Under the pieces are notes generated by a model. That model saw nothing but the letters and a program-made list of their open reading frames with translations, was not told where the DNA came from and did no database searches. This document shows, one piece after another, positions 9,901 through 20,304 of a stretch of DNA of 64,000 bases. How positions within the stretch are numbered: position 1 is the stretch's first letter; the number at the start of each line of letters is the position of its first letter. The stretch spans positions 1-64,000 of IMG/VR virus record IMGVR_UViG_2740892219_000010; one strand, given 5' to 3'. A program made the position numbers and the translations under genes. Source of the stretch: a virus. Lineage: Duplodnaviria; Heunggongvirae; Uroviricota; Caudoviricetes.

Positions 9901-10417
9901 AGTAGTCGCTCTCGTGTTCTGCGCCGATATCTGGCGCTATTCCGACGTATATATTTTTCAGGGTTCCCTGTGAGGGATAATCGAAAATATCGGGACCAAC
10001 GCCGATAACTTGCGTGAACGACACGCACTGAACTGAATGCGAACCGACTGACTGCCCGTTTTTAATCCAGTCACACGGTTCCGCGTCGCTGAATTTTGCC
10101 GGTTTAGTTCCGGGACCGAACATTCGCCCATTAATCCAGCTCGTCATATAGAGCGCTGCATTTTGCGATTTCAGTCCGTACTGATCAGCTGCAAACTCTC
10201 GCAACAAATACAAATTACACGACAGCTCGACTGACTGAATTGAGCTTGCAACCGCTTCGTCACTCTGTGACCAGTTGCTGATTTCCAGGAACAGAGCTGG
10301 CGTTTCAAATCCAGCCGGAATTTCTGGATAAATACCGAATGTTTTGATGAACGGTATTTGTAAAACCGCGCCTTTAACGCGATCGAGGTATTCATCAAAT
10401 GCATCCAGTCCGCTCAT
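9881..10417 (-). CDS. tail completion protein (positional; R/S-like)
   Basis: 178-aa ORF between the head-tail joining genes and baseplate V; overlaps V start by 20 nt. Confidence 0.4.
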   Translation of the reverse strand: MSGLDAFDEYLDRVKGAVLQIPFIKTFGIYPEIPAGFETPALFLEISNWSQSDEAVASSIQSVELSCNLYLLREFAADQYGLKSQNAALYMTSWINGRMFGPGTKPAKFSDAEPCDWIKNGQSVGSHSVQCVSFTQVIGVGPDIFDYPSQGTLKNIYVGIAPDIGAEHESDYYGPIGR

Positions 10418-11094
10418 AATCGTTTACCTGTTTTTGAGTCTACGTGGACATTACCTTTCACGCGACCGCGCAAGTCCTGTTCAAAAAAACCCATGAACAC
10501 GGTGCCAATGTTTTCAAAAATATAATCATCGATAGCATCCTCCAGCGCTTCGTGCACCGGTACGCGAGCCTCTTCGATTCCTCCGCGAGCCAGTCGAATC
10601 CAGACACTTTTCGCACCGTAGCGTTTCGCTACGAATGAATCGGGCCAACTCATCATCGCCAGCCCTGCGCTTCTGGGTGTAAACGTTGCGCCGCGAGCGC
10701 CTTTTTTTGTTTTCAAAAATTGACCGGTCTCTGGATTGCGAGGCTGCTTTTGCTTCCCGGGATTTTGTAATCGCCCCTTTAGCTCAGATACCCGAAAATC
10801 GTTCAGGCCGTACCATAGCTTTACGCTGCTCAGATCTCCTGCCCCTTCTTTTGTAAAATTACGGCGCTTAATGAACGGCTTGATTCGTTTATCTACGGCC
10901 TTATGATTTTTAGCTGCCAGTGCAGTCAAAATTATTCCTGCTGAAATTCGGTGCATATGTTTTGCAGTTCGGTTCAGCGCCCGGTTGTATGCCATCAACA
11001 TCTGATGTTGCGTCGCGCTGATTTCGACTCTGAGCTGCTCCAGCGCCGAAACATCGATATCGAACATCTGCGCGTTACTACGTAAATCGGCCAC
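10414..11094 (-). CDS. tail completion / virion morphogenesis protein (positional)
   Basis: 226-aa ORF translationally coupled to its neighbours, between the FII-like gene and the tail genes. Confidence 0.4.
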   Translation of the reverse strand: MADLRSNAQMFDIDVSALEQLRVEISATQHQMLMAYNRALNRTAKHMHRISAGIILTALAAKNHKAVDKRIKPFIKRRNFTKEGAGDLSSVKLWYGLNDFRVSELKGRLQNPGKQKQPRNPETGQFLKTKKGARGATFTPRSAGLAMMSWPDSFVAKRYGAKSVWIRLARGGIEEARVPVHEALEDAIDDYIFENIGTVFMGFFEQDLRGRVKGNVHVDSKTGKRL

Positions 11095-11124
11095 GGTTCC
11101 CCCTTAGTAGGACCGCGGTCCCAC

Positions 11125-11505
11125 TTAGTATTTTGAATACTCGCTGTTTTCGCTGGACGTATGAGGCTCTAAAAAAATATTCGTGAGCCCGACACCGTCT
11201 GGCTGAGACTCTTTAACCACGTAATCGGTCCAGCCAGACCAGGTAACAGAGCCGTCAGGTTCGATGCTGCGCTGCTTTGAAACCCGGACGACGTCACGTG
11301 CAACAATGCCGGCGACGTCGTCTGAGAGCGCTGTCAGACTCGTTACTGTACCGGTAATAAAACCAGCGTGAGGAACGTCAACGCGCGCGTAAGGCTCGTT
11401 GAAAATAGCGATAATGGGGTCGGTTTTACCGCGTAATTTAACGGGCCGTCCCCACTCCAGAATCATCTCCTCATCGCCGGCCCGGAGGTCATCGTAGTAG
11501 CTCAT
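11125..11505 (-). CDS. head-tail joining protein (lambda FII-like)
   Basis: 126 aa, follows the FI-like gene as in lambda. Confidence 0.5.
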   Translation of the reverse strand: MSYYDDLRAGDEEMILEWGRPVKLRGKTDPIIAIFNEPYARVDVPHAGFITGTVTSLTALSDDVAGIVARDVVRVSKQRSIEPDGSVTWSGWTDYVVKESQPDGVGLTNIFLEPHTSSENSEYSKY

Positions 11506-11915
11506 AGAGCGTAAACGTGATCAGCTGCGATGAGGTCTGCAACCTCTGGTGAATCAACAACAATTTCACGGCCAGCGGCAACAATCTCGCGAACGCGACG
11601 CCCGTTCACGTAGTGATATACATCCAGCGTGTTACGCAGCTTAACGCGGCGCGTAGCGGGAGACAGTTCTGGTTGTGACGTCGTGCTCGCGATTGACGGT
11701 TGTTCTGCGCTGTCATCATCAGTTTCATCTGATGCGTTCGCATTAATGTTGGCATCACTCGCATCACCGGATTGCTCGTTCAGAATATCGAGTTCTGACT
11801 CAGCGCCGGCGGCGATTGATTCCAGCTCAGCAATAGTCCCGCTGCGCGGTAATTCGCGACCGAGCTGGGCGCTCAGATCGTCAATGCGCGCCAGCAATTC
11901 TGTTTTTGTGCTCAT
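11502..11915 (-). CDS. DNA packaging protein (lambda FI-like)
   Basis: 137 aa with acidic Asp/Ser-rich middle; N-terminus MSTKTELLARIDDLSAQLGRE resembles lambda FI; directly after the major capsid gene. Confidence 0.5.
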   Translation of the reverse strand: MSTKTELLARIDDLSAQLGRELPRSGTIAELESIAAGAESELDILNEQSGDASDANINANASDETDDDSAEQPSIASTTSQPELSPATRRVKLRNTLDVYHYVNGRRVREIVAAGREIVVDSPEVADLIAADHVYAL

Positions 11916-11947
11916 GCTAATTCCCTAAAAAAAGAGCCTTTCGGCTC

Positions 11948-12982
11948 TTACGCGATTTTTACGACGACAAACGCGTCGGCGTCGGTGAGGACCATCGCTG
12001 GCGCGGATTGAGTCATTGTCTGCGTCACTGCCGGATCGCCGGTCGTGGTCCAGACTTTTGGATAACGCGTGGCCTCGCAGATACCCTCTTTCAGCGCGTC
12101 CTCGTCCTGAATTGCGCCATAGGTGCGGAGTCCGCGGTTCTTTGTGTTGCCCAGAATCATCGTGTTATCCGGCATATAACGCGTTTCAGCGCCTGTTACC
12201 GGGTCGATGTATTGCCCCTTGTAGACAAACAGCGCCGTATCGCCGTAATAACCCTTAAAGCTGACAACGTCGCCCAGATTTTTCAGCGCGACTTCGAGCT
12301 GGCTGTTTGAGCCGCGTCGCGTATCCAGTGCCGTCCAGAATTTTTTAAAACGCTTCAACTGCTTCCAGGCTTTACCGTCCATGATGATGACGTTAACCGC
12401 ACCGGAGGCGAGGTCCGCATAGGATTCGATATCGTCGCTCGGGTCATATGTTTCCGCGTCCTGCGTAGACCAGGCCGTCGAACCAGACTGAGTGACGTTA
12501 TTCGTCGCGCTGCGGCTCATGTCTATCTCATAGGTCTCGATATTGCTGCCGGAGACAGTGTATTTACCGTACAGAACAGCCTGTACCGCCTGATATTCCT
12601 CGAGTTGGCTGATGCTCAGTTCCTCATCGAGCAAGTTCTGCATGATGATTTTTGCACGACGTTCGACCGGCGTTTCCGGCTGGCCAATCTGCTCACCGGC
12701 TGCGCGCTTGATGCTCATATTCGGATTGATCGTGTGCTTCGGCTTCGTGTAACCCGGCTTGAAATGGTTAGTTGAATAGCCGCGGGTGCGATCTACTTTG
12801 CCGGTGATCATCGGCGCGCAATACACCGCCATATTGACCTTACCCGGGATTTTATCCAGAAAAACTTCTTCGCTCGTAAACGTGTAAGTTTCACGGAAAA
12901 ACAATCTTAAAAACAACGGATTGAACTTAAATACCTGCTGCGTTGCGGTAATCAGTTCTGACGTAGTAAACGAATCGCTCAT
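11948..12982 (-). CDS. major capsid protein (lambda gpE-like)
   Basis: 344 aa with strong collinear similarity to lambda E as recalled (QQVFKFNPLFLRLFFRETYTF; NTMILGNTKNRGLRTYGAIQD; RYPKVWTTTGDPA). Confidence 0.85.
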   Translation of the reverse strand: MSDSFTTSELITATQQVFKFNPLFLRLFFRETYTFTSEEVFLDKIPGKVNMAVYCAPMITGKVDRTRGYSTNHFKPGYTKPKHTINPNMSIKRAAGEQIGQPETPVERRAKIIMQNLLDEELSISQLEEYQAVQAVLYGKYTVSGSNIETYEIDMSRSATNNVTQSGSTAWSTQDAETYDPSDDIESYADLASGAVNVIIMDGKAWKQLKRFKKFWTALDTRRGSNSQLEVALKNLGDVVSFKGYYGDTALFVYKGQYIDPVTGAETRYMPDNTMILGNTKNRGLRTYGAIQDEDALKEGICEATRYPKVWTTTGDPAVTQTMTQSAPAMVLTDADAFVVVKIA

Positions 12983-13040
12983 TTATATATCCTGTTATAA
13001 AAAAACCGCCCGGAGGCGGCTTGTTTTGAGTTTTTTGCTA

Positions 13041-13370
13041 TCAGCCGACGCTGATCGGCGTACCCGCAAATGCTGATTTGCGTTTAGCTACGTCGGTAAC
13101 CGTACCCCAGTTAATCGCCGTGTAACGGAACGAGCCTGATTTATAGTACGAGCAGTCTGCAGAACTGGAGCCAGTATTAACTGCGGTGGCAGTGAGGCCA
13201 ATAGCTTTACCGACTGAGCCGTCCCAAACCTTAAACGTCCCGACAGTAGCGTCGAGCATAATCGGTGTCAGCCGGGGTACGTTGATCCCGCCCTGAAAAT
13301 GACCGACGGTCGTAACAACAAGATCGGGGCCCAGAATAAAATCATCCGGGCTATACGTTTCTGTGGTCAT
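13041..13370 (-). CDS. head decoration protein (lambda gpD-like)
   Basis: 109 aa, size and motifs like lambda D (YYKSGSFRY...KRKSAFAGTPISVG). Confidence 0.7.
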   Translation of the reverse strand: MTTETYSPDDFILGPDLVVTTVGHFQGGINVPRLTPIMLDATVGTFKVWDGSVGKAIGLTATAVNTGSSSADCSYYKSGSFRYTAINWGTVTDVAKRKSAFAGTPISVG

Positions 13371-14677
13371 TATTCATCCCCTAAAATTGAACGCCCTGCA
13401 GCAACCAGCATCGAGACGTTTGCGGCTGTTCCTGTTGCCGTGGTGCTGCCGGCATCCTGAATAGTCGCCGGTGATTCAGTGCTCATGAGTGTATCGAGCG
13501 CCGTTTCTGTCCGCGCCTGCGCCGTTTGCGGTGCTGCCGCGAGGACCACCTGCGCCTGCTCGATCGTCATCCCGGGGACGCCGGCGAGCGCTTTTGCCTG
13601 CGCCTCGCGCCCGACCGCTTCGGGACAATTGATGATGGCCATCACGCGTGCCAGTTCGCTCGATGCGGCGTCCGCGCGAATCTGCTCCGTGTTGAACTCA
13701 ACCGGCGCGTCCGTAGTCGTGGTCGCGGTTTGTTCTGTGGTCGTGGTCTCCGCCGTGGTTTCTGTACCTGGCATAAATCGCTCCATTTTTGGTTTCAGTG
13801 CGTCGGCCATCACTGCAATAGCGTCCGCGTAATTAACGAGTTGATCAGCGAGACCCGATTTAATCGCGTCCGCGCCGATAAATACTGCGGCCTCCGTGGC
13901 CAATACCCTGGATTTTTTCAGCCCGGTATAATCCGAGACTTTTTGCGCGAACTGCTCGCGCGTGCTGTTGATACTCAACTGGAATTCGTCGCGAACGTCG
14001 TCGGGCAGCTGTGAGTAGGGATTTCCGTCAACTTTGTGCGCGCCGGCGTAAATCAGCGTCACGTCAACGCCGGCAATCTCCAGCGCCTTTTCGACGCAGC
14101 GGTGAGCCATCAGGACACCGATTGAACCGACCGTGCCAGTCTGCGTTATCAGCCGGCGCGAACACGCTGACGCCAGCAAATAGGCAGCGCTGCAGGCCGT
14201 ATCGCTGGCCAGCGCCCACACCGGTTTTTGCTCTCGCGCCCGGGCGATTAAATCAGCGGTATCAAACGCGCCGGCGACCTCACCGCCAGGGGAATCAATA
14301 TCCAGCAGGATCCCCTTAACATCGGGATCAGAAATCGCCTGCTGCAGGCGTTTTGCGATTCCGTCGTAACCACTCATACCGCTGACCGGATTGATATAAC
14401 CCAATTTATGAACCAGCGTCCCGGTAACCGGCAGAACGGCTATACCACGCTCCACGCGATACGATTTCTGGCGTGTTCGCTCGCTGCTGTCCCACCCCAT
14501 CGTGAGCGCGTTCATTTCGTCGCTGTTCATTACCTCTCCGGACGCTGTATCAATCAGTCGCCCGGTTCCGAACCGGTCGCTCAGCGCAGAAAAAAATACC
14601 CGCGCGTAGGCGGGCTCCAGCAAAAGCGGTTGATTGAACGCCCTGGCGGCGAGGTGCGGAAAATTGTTCCACGGCAT
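13370..14677 (-). CDS. head maturation protease / scaffold (lambda gpC-like, S49 peptidase family)
   Basis: 435 aa. N-terminal S49/ClpP-like region; Thr-rich C-terminal tail (ETTAETTTTEQTATTTTD) typical of a nested Nu3-like scaffold region; between portal and decoration genes. Confidence 0.75.
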   Translation of the reverse strand: MPWNNFPHLAARAFNQPLLLEPAYARVFFSALSDRFGTGRLIDTASGEVMNSDEMNALTMGWDSSERTRQKSYRVERGIAVLPVTGTLVHKLGYINPVSGMSGYDGIAKRLQQAISDPDVKGILLDIDSPGGEVAGAFDTADLIARAREQKPVWALASDTACSAAYLLASACSRRLITQTGTVGSIGVLMAHRCVEKALEIAGVDVTLIYAGAHKVDGNPYSQLPDDVRDEFQLSINSTREQFAQKVSDYTGLKKSRVLATEAAVFIGADAIKSGLADQLVNYADAIAVMADALKPKMERFMPGTETTAETTTTEQTATTTTDAPVEFNTEQIRADAASSELARVMAIINCPEAVGREAQAKALAGVPGMTIEQAQVVLAAAPQTAQARTETALDTLMSTESPATIQDAGSTTATGTAANVSMLVAAGRSILGDE

Positions 14678-16248
14678 CAGTTACCTCCCCAGCCGTTATC
14701 GTTGGTATTTGAGGGGTGAGATACAGACCATGACGGTTCGCTCAGCCCCATTTCACGCCGGCGCTGAATTTCGTATTCCTGTTGCTCCATAACCTCCTCG
14801 TAATCCTGTCCCTGCAGCGCCAGTTCGTTCTGATACGTGCTGAGGCCAGTTGTGATGCGCATGGCGCTCTCCTGAACCTCTTTCAGCCCATCAATCGCCA
14901 TGCGACCAGCGCCGATCCAGAGCGCGTTCGTCCAGGAGTTCCGCGCCTCATAAAACGACCGGACCGCTGAGCGTGGCAGGGTGATAACTCCGCGCGCCAG
15001 AGCTTCCTCAAACCAGCAGCAGAACATCAGTGACGCCTGTCGTGCGGCGATAAAACGTCGACGGCCCATGAAAAAACGCCAGCTCACGTTTGCGCTGGCC
15101 CGCGCGCTGGAGTAACTGACCTGGCTGTAGTCCCGACTCAGTTCCTCATATGACGCGCCGACGCCAGCGGCAACGTAACGCAGGAGTGATTTTTCCAGTG
15201 AACTAAAACCAGCATCAGCATTCTGAGCGGTCTGTAAACTGAGTTTGTCGCCGGGATGCAGGTGGGGAACTTTCACACCACCGAGCTTGATATTTGCGCC
15301 GTTGTAGTACGTCACGTAACTCTGAATAAACGAATTCAGCGGGTTCGAGTCGATATCAGTACCCGCGCCGGCGATATATTCAAACGCCTGCTGGCTATCG
15401 AGCTCTGATTCGATTGTCGCGGCGTACATCGCCTTCACGATGGCGCTCTGCAGTTGTGTTTGCTGCAACGTATCGAGCATTTTCAGCCGCTCCATTACGC
15501 TGTAAAAAATGTTATCTCCGCGGGTTTGTCCGTCCTCGAGCGGCTCGAATATGTGAATGAATGCGTGTCTGCCGCTGCTGAGCTGCGCCGGGATGCGCCG
15601 GCATTTACCAACTCCACCGAGGGGGTAGGTGTCCTCGGCTATCCAGTACCCAACCGCGGCCCCGTTTTTATCAATATCAACACCGGCACGGCGAAATTGA
15701 GTGTCAGCTGTGTAACCGGGGTTTCTAATTCGTTTCGGTGAGACCATTTTGAATCGCGTCCGAAAAACGCTGCCGGCGCTGCTCTCCCACACCGGTTGTA
15801 CGCAGGTTTCACCGTTGAACGCGTGAGTGGCCACGCCTTCGCGGATCATCATTGTGAACGTCCGTTTCCGCTCGATATCAATCGTGCAGTGAGGGTCCTC
15901 GGCGTATTCAGTCCACGCGACCTCAACGTCACGCGCCAGCGCCCTGGCGTCCTCGCGAGATATCCCGATGTAACGCCAGTTAGGGCGATAACTCAACTTA
16001 AACAGATTGCCGACGATATGATCCTGATGCAGCTGCACGGCGTTCGACGCGACGCCGTTATTACGAACGAGATCGTCTGCTCGCGCGTTACCGCGATAAA
16101 AATTAGGCAGCAGTGCCGCATCGGCGCTTTGCTGTGGTGCATTCCAGTCAATCAACTGGCCACCGAAGCCGGGACCGCCGCCGTTATACCCCGCGTAACG
16201 GCGTAGTGGCGTTTTACCGTCAGGCCCGAGCAGCTGCTGAGCAGTCAT
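14677..16248 (-). CDS. portal protein (lambda gpB-like)
   Basis: 523 aa (lambda B is 533 aa), between W-like and C-like genes. Confidence 0.8.
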   Translation of the reverse strand: MTAQQLLGPDGKTPLRRYAGYNGGGPGFGGQLIDWNAPQQSADAALLPNFYRGNARADDLVRNNGVASNAVQLHQDHIVGNLFKLSYRPNWRYIGISREDARALARDVEVAWTEYAEDPHCTIDIERKRTFTMMIREGVATHAFNGETCVQPVWESSAGSVFRTRFKMVSPKRIRNPGYTADTQFRRAGVDIDKNGAAVGYWIAEDTYPLGGVGKCRRIPAQLSSGRHAFIHIFEPLEDGQTRGDNIFYSVMERLKMLDTLQQTQLQSAIVKAMYAATIESELDSQQAFEYIAGAGTDIDSNPLNSFIQSYVTYYNGANIKLGGVKVPHLHPGDKLSLQTAQNADAGFSSLEKSLLRYVAAGVGASYEELSRDYSQVSYSSARASANVSWRFFMGRRRFIAARQASLMFCCWFEEALARGVITLPRSAVRSFYEARNSWTNALWIGAGRMAIDGLKEVQESAMRITTGLSTYQNELALQGQDYEEVMEQQEYEIQRRREMGLSEPSWSVSHPSNTNDNGWGGN

Positions 16249-16478
16249 AATCGAACTCCCACGGGACGGCGGCGTCCCGTACTCAGACCGAGCTGTGATT
16301 TCAGCTCGATAATGTACGTTCGGAGCTGTTCAATACTAGCCTGGGAGTACTGATAGCTCCGGTTATTTCCCGCTGAATCGCCGTGAGACAGCGATACAGT
16401 CGATCTACCCGTTAATAATTTGTGCAGGGCAATTTCAGCTTCCAGTAGCCGTTCTGTTAAAACCTCGCGCGACGTCAT
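16245..16478 (-). CDS. head-tail joining protein (lambda gpW-like)
   Basis: 77 aa; MTSREVLTERLLEAEIALHKLLTGRSTVSL resembles the lambda W N-terminus; between terminase and portal. Confidence 0.65.
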   Translation of the reverse strand: MTSREVLTERLLEAEIALHKLLTGRSTVSLSHGDSAGNNRSYQYSQASIEQLRTYIIELKSQLGLSTGRRRPVGVRL

Positions 16479-18439
16479 GAGCTCCCTCCGAGCATTCTGG
16501 CCATCTCCTCGAGAGACAGTTTGTTTTGTGATTTTTTCCGTTGCTCAGCGAGCGTCTCGAGATTGAGCTGGAAACGAATTTTACTGATACGTAGCGCCGC
16601 CAGCGCGTATACCCAGCAGTCGAGCGCTTCATTTCGCCGGCCCTGGTTGTCCCAGCGATAAACGACGCGACCGTTAATCAGTTTCGGAATCAAAACTTCA
16701 GAGACGAGCTGTTTTGCCTCTGTCGTGCCGAATATTTCGTCGTCGTTGGGAAAATGAATCGCACCTGGTGTCGCCGATTTAGAATCGGGTTCCAGCGGCA
16801 GGCGCATTGCGAGCAAATCTTTTGCCGTATCAGTACCGATTAACGACAAATAGACTTTATTCGCGTTACGTGTACGCGGCATATTTACGACTGGCTGACC
16901 GTATGAGCTCGCACCTTTAATTGGAATAACCCACAGCGGACCGAGTTTCAGCGAGCGGTTATAAACGACCTGCGCATCTATACCACCGGTATCCCACGCC
17001 CAGCGACTGACGCCGATTGTGGTTCCGTCGCTGCGTCGGTATTGTTTGCGAATCACACCGTCGACGCGCTGCAGCGTGTCCTCCTCGTCGTAGCGACCGA
17101 GAACGATGGTTTTATCAATCAACCAGCACTCTTCCTCGGCTCCCCAGCCCCATACGTAACACTCGTAGCGCCCGGACGTCTGAGAGTCGATGCCACCGGT
17201 CAGATAGACAACACCGTCAGGAACCTGGCTGGCGTATTTTTCCCGGCGATTAACGAGAATATCGTGCTCCAGCTGCTCGCTGGCTACGTCGCTCCAGAGT
17301 TCGCCGAGCGTCGTGTTATGAAACGTCTTCTCCTTGAGCGGGTCGCCTTTCGCTTTCAGCCACTCGCTGACAATCTCGCCCCAGCCGTCGAGATTCAGTG
17401 AATACAGGGCGTTTATCACGATCGCAGCGTGTTTCGGTGCGCGAACGACGCCTCCGTCATGATCAAAAAAATGAATGCCGTCCCGGGTCCAGGTGCAGTC
17501 CTCGGCTATCCAGCGCCCTCCGAGCTCCATTTTTTCGAGGTCGCGATAGTAAAAATGCTCCGGGCAGTGGCAGCACTGGTAATACGCGGACGACGATTTC
17601 GCCTCATTGGTCTGTAAGCTGTTATCCCATTTGAGGCCGTATTCGATACCGTCGAGACCAAATACCAGGGTCTGCTCCTCGCTACAATGCGGACACTTCA
17701 GGTAAAAACGAAATGTCAGATCAGCAGCGTCTTCCAACATTTCTATATGGCTTTTGCCGGTAACGGTCGGCGTCGAACCGAAAATTGCTTTTGGGTACGC
17801 TGCACCTTTAATTCGAACGAGCGCCAGCTCGATGGGCGAGCCCTCGCCCTTGCCTTTTTTTGCAACCTCCAGCGGCCAGCCGTCGACTTCGTCACCCTCG
17901 ACAACCTGTTTCGTCAGTCGCCGGAAATTTCCTGGTGTACTCGCGCCACGAAAATCGATAATCGCCCCGTTCATCTCTTTACGCTGGAGATTGTTACGCT
18001 CGTTGCTTTTATCCCAGTCGGGGAAAATTTTCTGAATCACCGGCATTTCGGCGATAGCGGGGTCAACCTCGTCGGCGACAAATCCATCCGATTCGTCATC
18101 GATAGGCTGATAGACCACGGCACTACGTTTTTTGTGCTCAGCGAAATAGAGCAGCGCCGCGACGAGTATTTTTGTATAACCGAGACGAGCTGATTTGCGA
18201 ACAGACACTATTTTTATCGCGTCGTTTGTCATCATATTCAACATCACAATCTGGACCGGCTGAGTCGTCCAGTGACCCGCAATATGGCTGGAGCCTTCGG
18301 GGAGGTAAAAATATTTATCAGCCCACTCAACCCCCGTCATCGGTATCGTCACGCGCAAGGGATTCAACCCTGTCGAGATCGCGTTCGATATCGCTGACAT
18401 CGTAATCGCTGAAGTCGACTCGTATGTCTGCCAGTTCAT
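16475..18439 (-). CDS. terminase large subunit (lambda gpA-like)
   Basis: 654 aa with extensive similarity to lambda A as recalled (GVEWADKYFYLP; KGASSYGQPVVNMPRTRNANKVYL; ALDCWVYALAALRISK). Overlaps the upstream small-subunit ORF by ~113 nt, so the true start may be an internal Met. Confidence 0.9.
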   Translation of the reverse strand: MNWQTYESTSAITMSAISNAISTGLNPLRVTIPMTGVEWADKYFYLPEGSSHIAGHWTTQPVQIVMLNMMTNDAIKIVSVRKSARLGYTKILVAALLYFAEHKKRSAVVYQPIDDESDGFVADEVDPAIAEMPVIQKIFPDWDKSNERNNLQRKEMNGAIIDFRGASTPGNFRRLTKQVVEGDEVDGWPLEVAKKGKGEGSPIELALVRIKGAAYPKAIFGSTPTVTGKSHIEMLEDAADLTFRFYLKCPHCSEEQTLVFGLDGIEYGLKWDNSLQTNEAKSSSAYYQCCHCPEHFYYRDLEKMELGGRWIAEDCTWTRDGIHFFDHDGGVVRAPKHAAIVINALYSLNLDGWGEIVSEWLKAKGDPLKEKTFHNTTLGELWSDVASEQLEHDILVNRREKYASQVPDGVVYLTGGIDSQTSGRYECYVWGWGAEEECWLIDKTIVLGRYDEEDTLQRVDGVIRKQYRRSDGTTIGVSRWAWDTGGIDAQVVYNRSLKLGPLWVIPIKGASSYGQPVVNMPRTRNANKVYLSLIGTDTAKDLLAMRLPLEPDSKSATPGAIHFPNDDEIFGTTEAKQLVSEVLIPKLINGRVVYRWDNQGRRNEALDCWVYALAALRISKIRFQLNLETLAEQRKKSQNKLSLEEMARMLGGSS

Positions 18440-18893
18440 TCAGGGCTATCGCCAGCTCCTCTCGTAATACACTGCTCGCCTCCTGCGGCATTTCAGGCCA
18501 CACCTTTTTCAATCGTGGTGGCCACGACTCGACGCGGGTACGTAATTCAACGGCGACGCGAGATACAGCTACGCTGATTAATTCAATTGGCGCGTAGCGT
18601 TTAGCAAGAATGCGACGTTTTACTCGTGCCATCAGGATTCGCTCCTGTCGTTCCTCATTTTTCAGCCACTGCTCGCGATTTTTTTCGGGAGAATTGTCCC
18701 CCACTTCCGGTTCGTCAGTACCAATTGTGTCGCGTCTATTACTCCGGAGATAATGAATATAAAAATGGCGCCAGGCATCAAGGTCCCAATCGCCACGTCC
18801 CTGTGGGACTGGAGCTCCCGGAAGTTTTGCAAGATCGCGCAGACGACGATCAGATAGCAGTAAATGTGCTGCGACCTCAGCCTGACTTGCCAT
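18327..18893 (-). CDS. terminase small subunit (Nu1-like, positional)
   Basis: 188-aa ORF immediately upstream of and overlapping the large terminase; a cos/packaging region is expected just upstream (18894-19240). Confidence 0.5.
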   Translation of the reverse strand: MASQAEVAAHLLLSDRRLRDLAKLPGAPVPQGRGDWDLDAWRHFYIHYLRSNRRDTIGTDEPEVGDNSPEKNREQWLKNEERQERILMARVKRRILAKRYAPIELISVAVSRVAVELRTRVESWPPRLKKVWPEMPQEASSVLREELAIALNELADIRVDFSDYDVSDIERDLDRVESLARDDTDDGG

Positions 18894-19245
18894 TAAAAAT
18901 CCTCACCGGAACCGGAAATACCCAAAATGAAAAAATACTAAAAATGAGTGAGTTTTTGCGCGTCTACCGACCCTCGGTGTTTTGGATTTCGGAAAGGACC
19001 CGCGACCAGGGGGCTATCTCCCTTTCAGGACAGGAATCGGGGGCTCGCATCAGGTTCATCAAACTCGACTGTAGCCTCGCGACGTACTTATTTGCATACC
19101 TCAGCTTTGTGTATCTGATTATCAGCATAAACTTTCACTTTGGCAGCGAGCCATCCTTTTGCGCTGTATCGATAGGCTACCGAACAAGTTTTCGATATAT
19201 GTATATATCTTGAACTTATTGATATCCTTACAGAAAAAAACAGCC

Positions 19246-19506
19246 ATGAGCACACAAAAAATGAACAGAGAAAAAACTGAAGCCTTAATGAGCGTAATAT
19301 TAAAAGAAGCTGACCCAAAAAAGTTTCCTGAGAAGTTATCAGAGGACGCCATCGTATCTTTTTATCGTGCGAACTCCTCTTATCTAAATTGTTCAACTTT
19401 ACGAGAATGGTTAAGCGGCGAAGCAGAGCCTTCAGATGAGATACTTCAGGAGATTATGGTTCAGAACAACTGGCGCGCAACTAAATGGTCAAATCGGTTA
19501 CCTTAA
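19246..19506 (+). CDS. hypothetical protein (moron, antisense to the late operon)
   Basis: 86 aa from an internal ATG of ORF 19159-19506; A-rich leader; no recognised family. Confidence 0.4.
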   Translation: MSTQKMNREKTEALMSVILKEADPKKFPEKLSEDAIVSFYRANSSYLNCSTLREWLSGEAEPSDEILQEIMVQNNWRATKWSNRLP

Positions 19507-19791
19507 CCTGTTGAATGTGTGCCGCCTTAAAACTAAAAGGCGGCCTCTCGTTTAAGTAAAGCGTCTCTTTCATCAGCCACCAGCTCTTTGGCACATTGCG
19601 CAGTTGTTTTTTATACGTCGGCGAGCTGTTGCGAAGCTCAGTCCCTGCGCGTCACACCATTCTTTCGGTGATACACATGATTTGACGTACTCGGACAGGA
19701 ACCGCTTCTGAAGCTCAAGCCCAGTCCCGGTTTGCCATTTGGAATTTTTCATTAACTTGTTATTCTTAAATCAATTCTCTGGAGGCTAAAA

Positions 19792-20262
19792 ATGAATGAA
19801 CTGGTTTTGACAATACTCAAACTCGCAGCAACAACTGCTACCTCGAATATCATTGGTTTTGACGTTAGAGATATTAGTGTTCGCGATACCAGAAATCCTA
19901 CATTCCCAGTAGAGAGCGAAGAGATTACAGCTGAGGCTCTACATTCCTATTCAAAAATCGAGCAAGAACTTGCCATCGCCAGACGCACTTTAATCTCTGA
20001 AACTGTCGAAATAGAAGAATATTACGGCAACTCGCTGAAGGGCGACGTAGGCGCGAAAGTTAGCGCTACCGATGTCGGTCTGGCAGCAAGCGCTGAAAAA
20101 GGAAAAGTTACGAAACGCATTATCAAATTCACTGGATTTAACTCTGAAACCGAATCAATACTTAATGCAATGGAAGCATCTCTCCTTTCGAAGTTGAAAG
20201 CTGAGCTTTCTGCCAAGAAAGATAGCGAAGCAGCAGAGTCGAGCATTATCGTCAAAGAATAA
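19792..20262 (+). CDS. hypothetical protein (moron)
   Basis: 156-aa soluble ORF with a strong RBS (GGAGG 8 nt upstream), followed by a hairpin terminator at 20305-20333. Confidence 0.55.
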   Translation: MNELVLTILKLAATTATSNIIGFDVRDISVRDTRNPTFPVESEEITAEALHSYSKIEQELAIARRTLISETVEIEEYYGNSLKGDVGAKVSATDVGLAASAEKGKVTKRIIKFTGFNSETESILNAMEASLLSKLKAELSAKKDSEAAESSIIVKE

Positions 20263-20304
20263 TGATAAATGCCATTACTATATGTCTTCCCATGGTGATG
20301 GCAA

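Noticed and set aside
13526-14014. 162-aa plus-strand ORF (and 13479-13832, 14011-14319)
   Set aside because: Antisense to the head protease gene; Arg-rich translation typical of the reverse strand of a GC-rich coding region.
18626-19213. 195-aa plus-strand ORF across the small terminase gene and the cos-proximal region
   Set aside because: Antisense to the small terminase gene; no RBS; the region is better explained by the terminase gene and non-coding packaging sequences.
18894-19240. An explicit cos site upstream of the small terminase gene
   Set aside because: The position is right for a lambda-type cos, but I could not recognise a cosN cohesive-end sequence or terminase R-sites by eye, so no feature is annotated.
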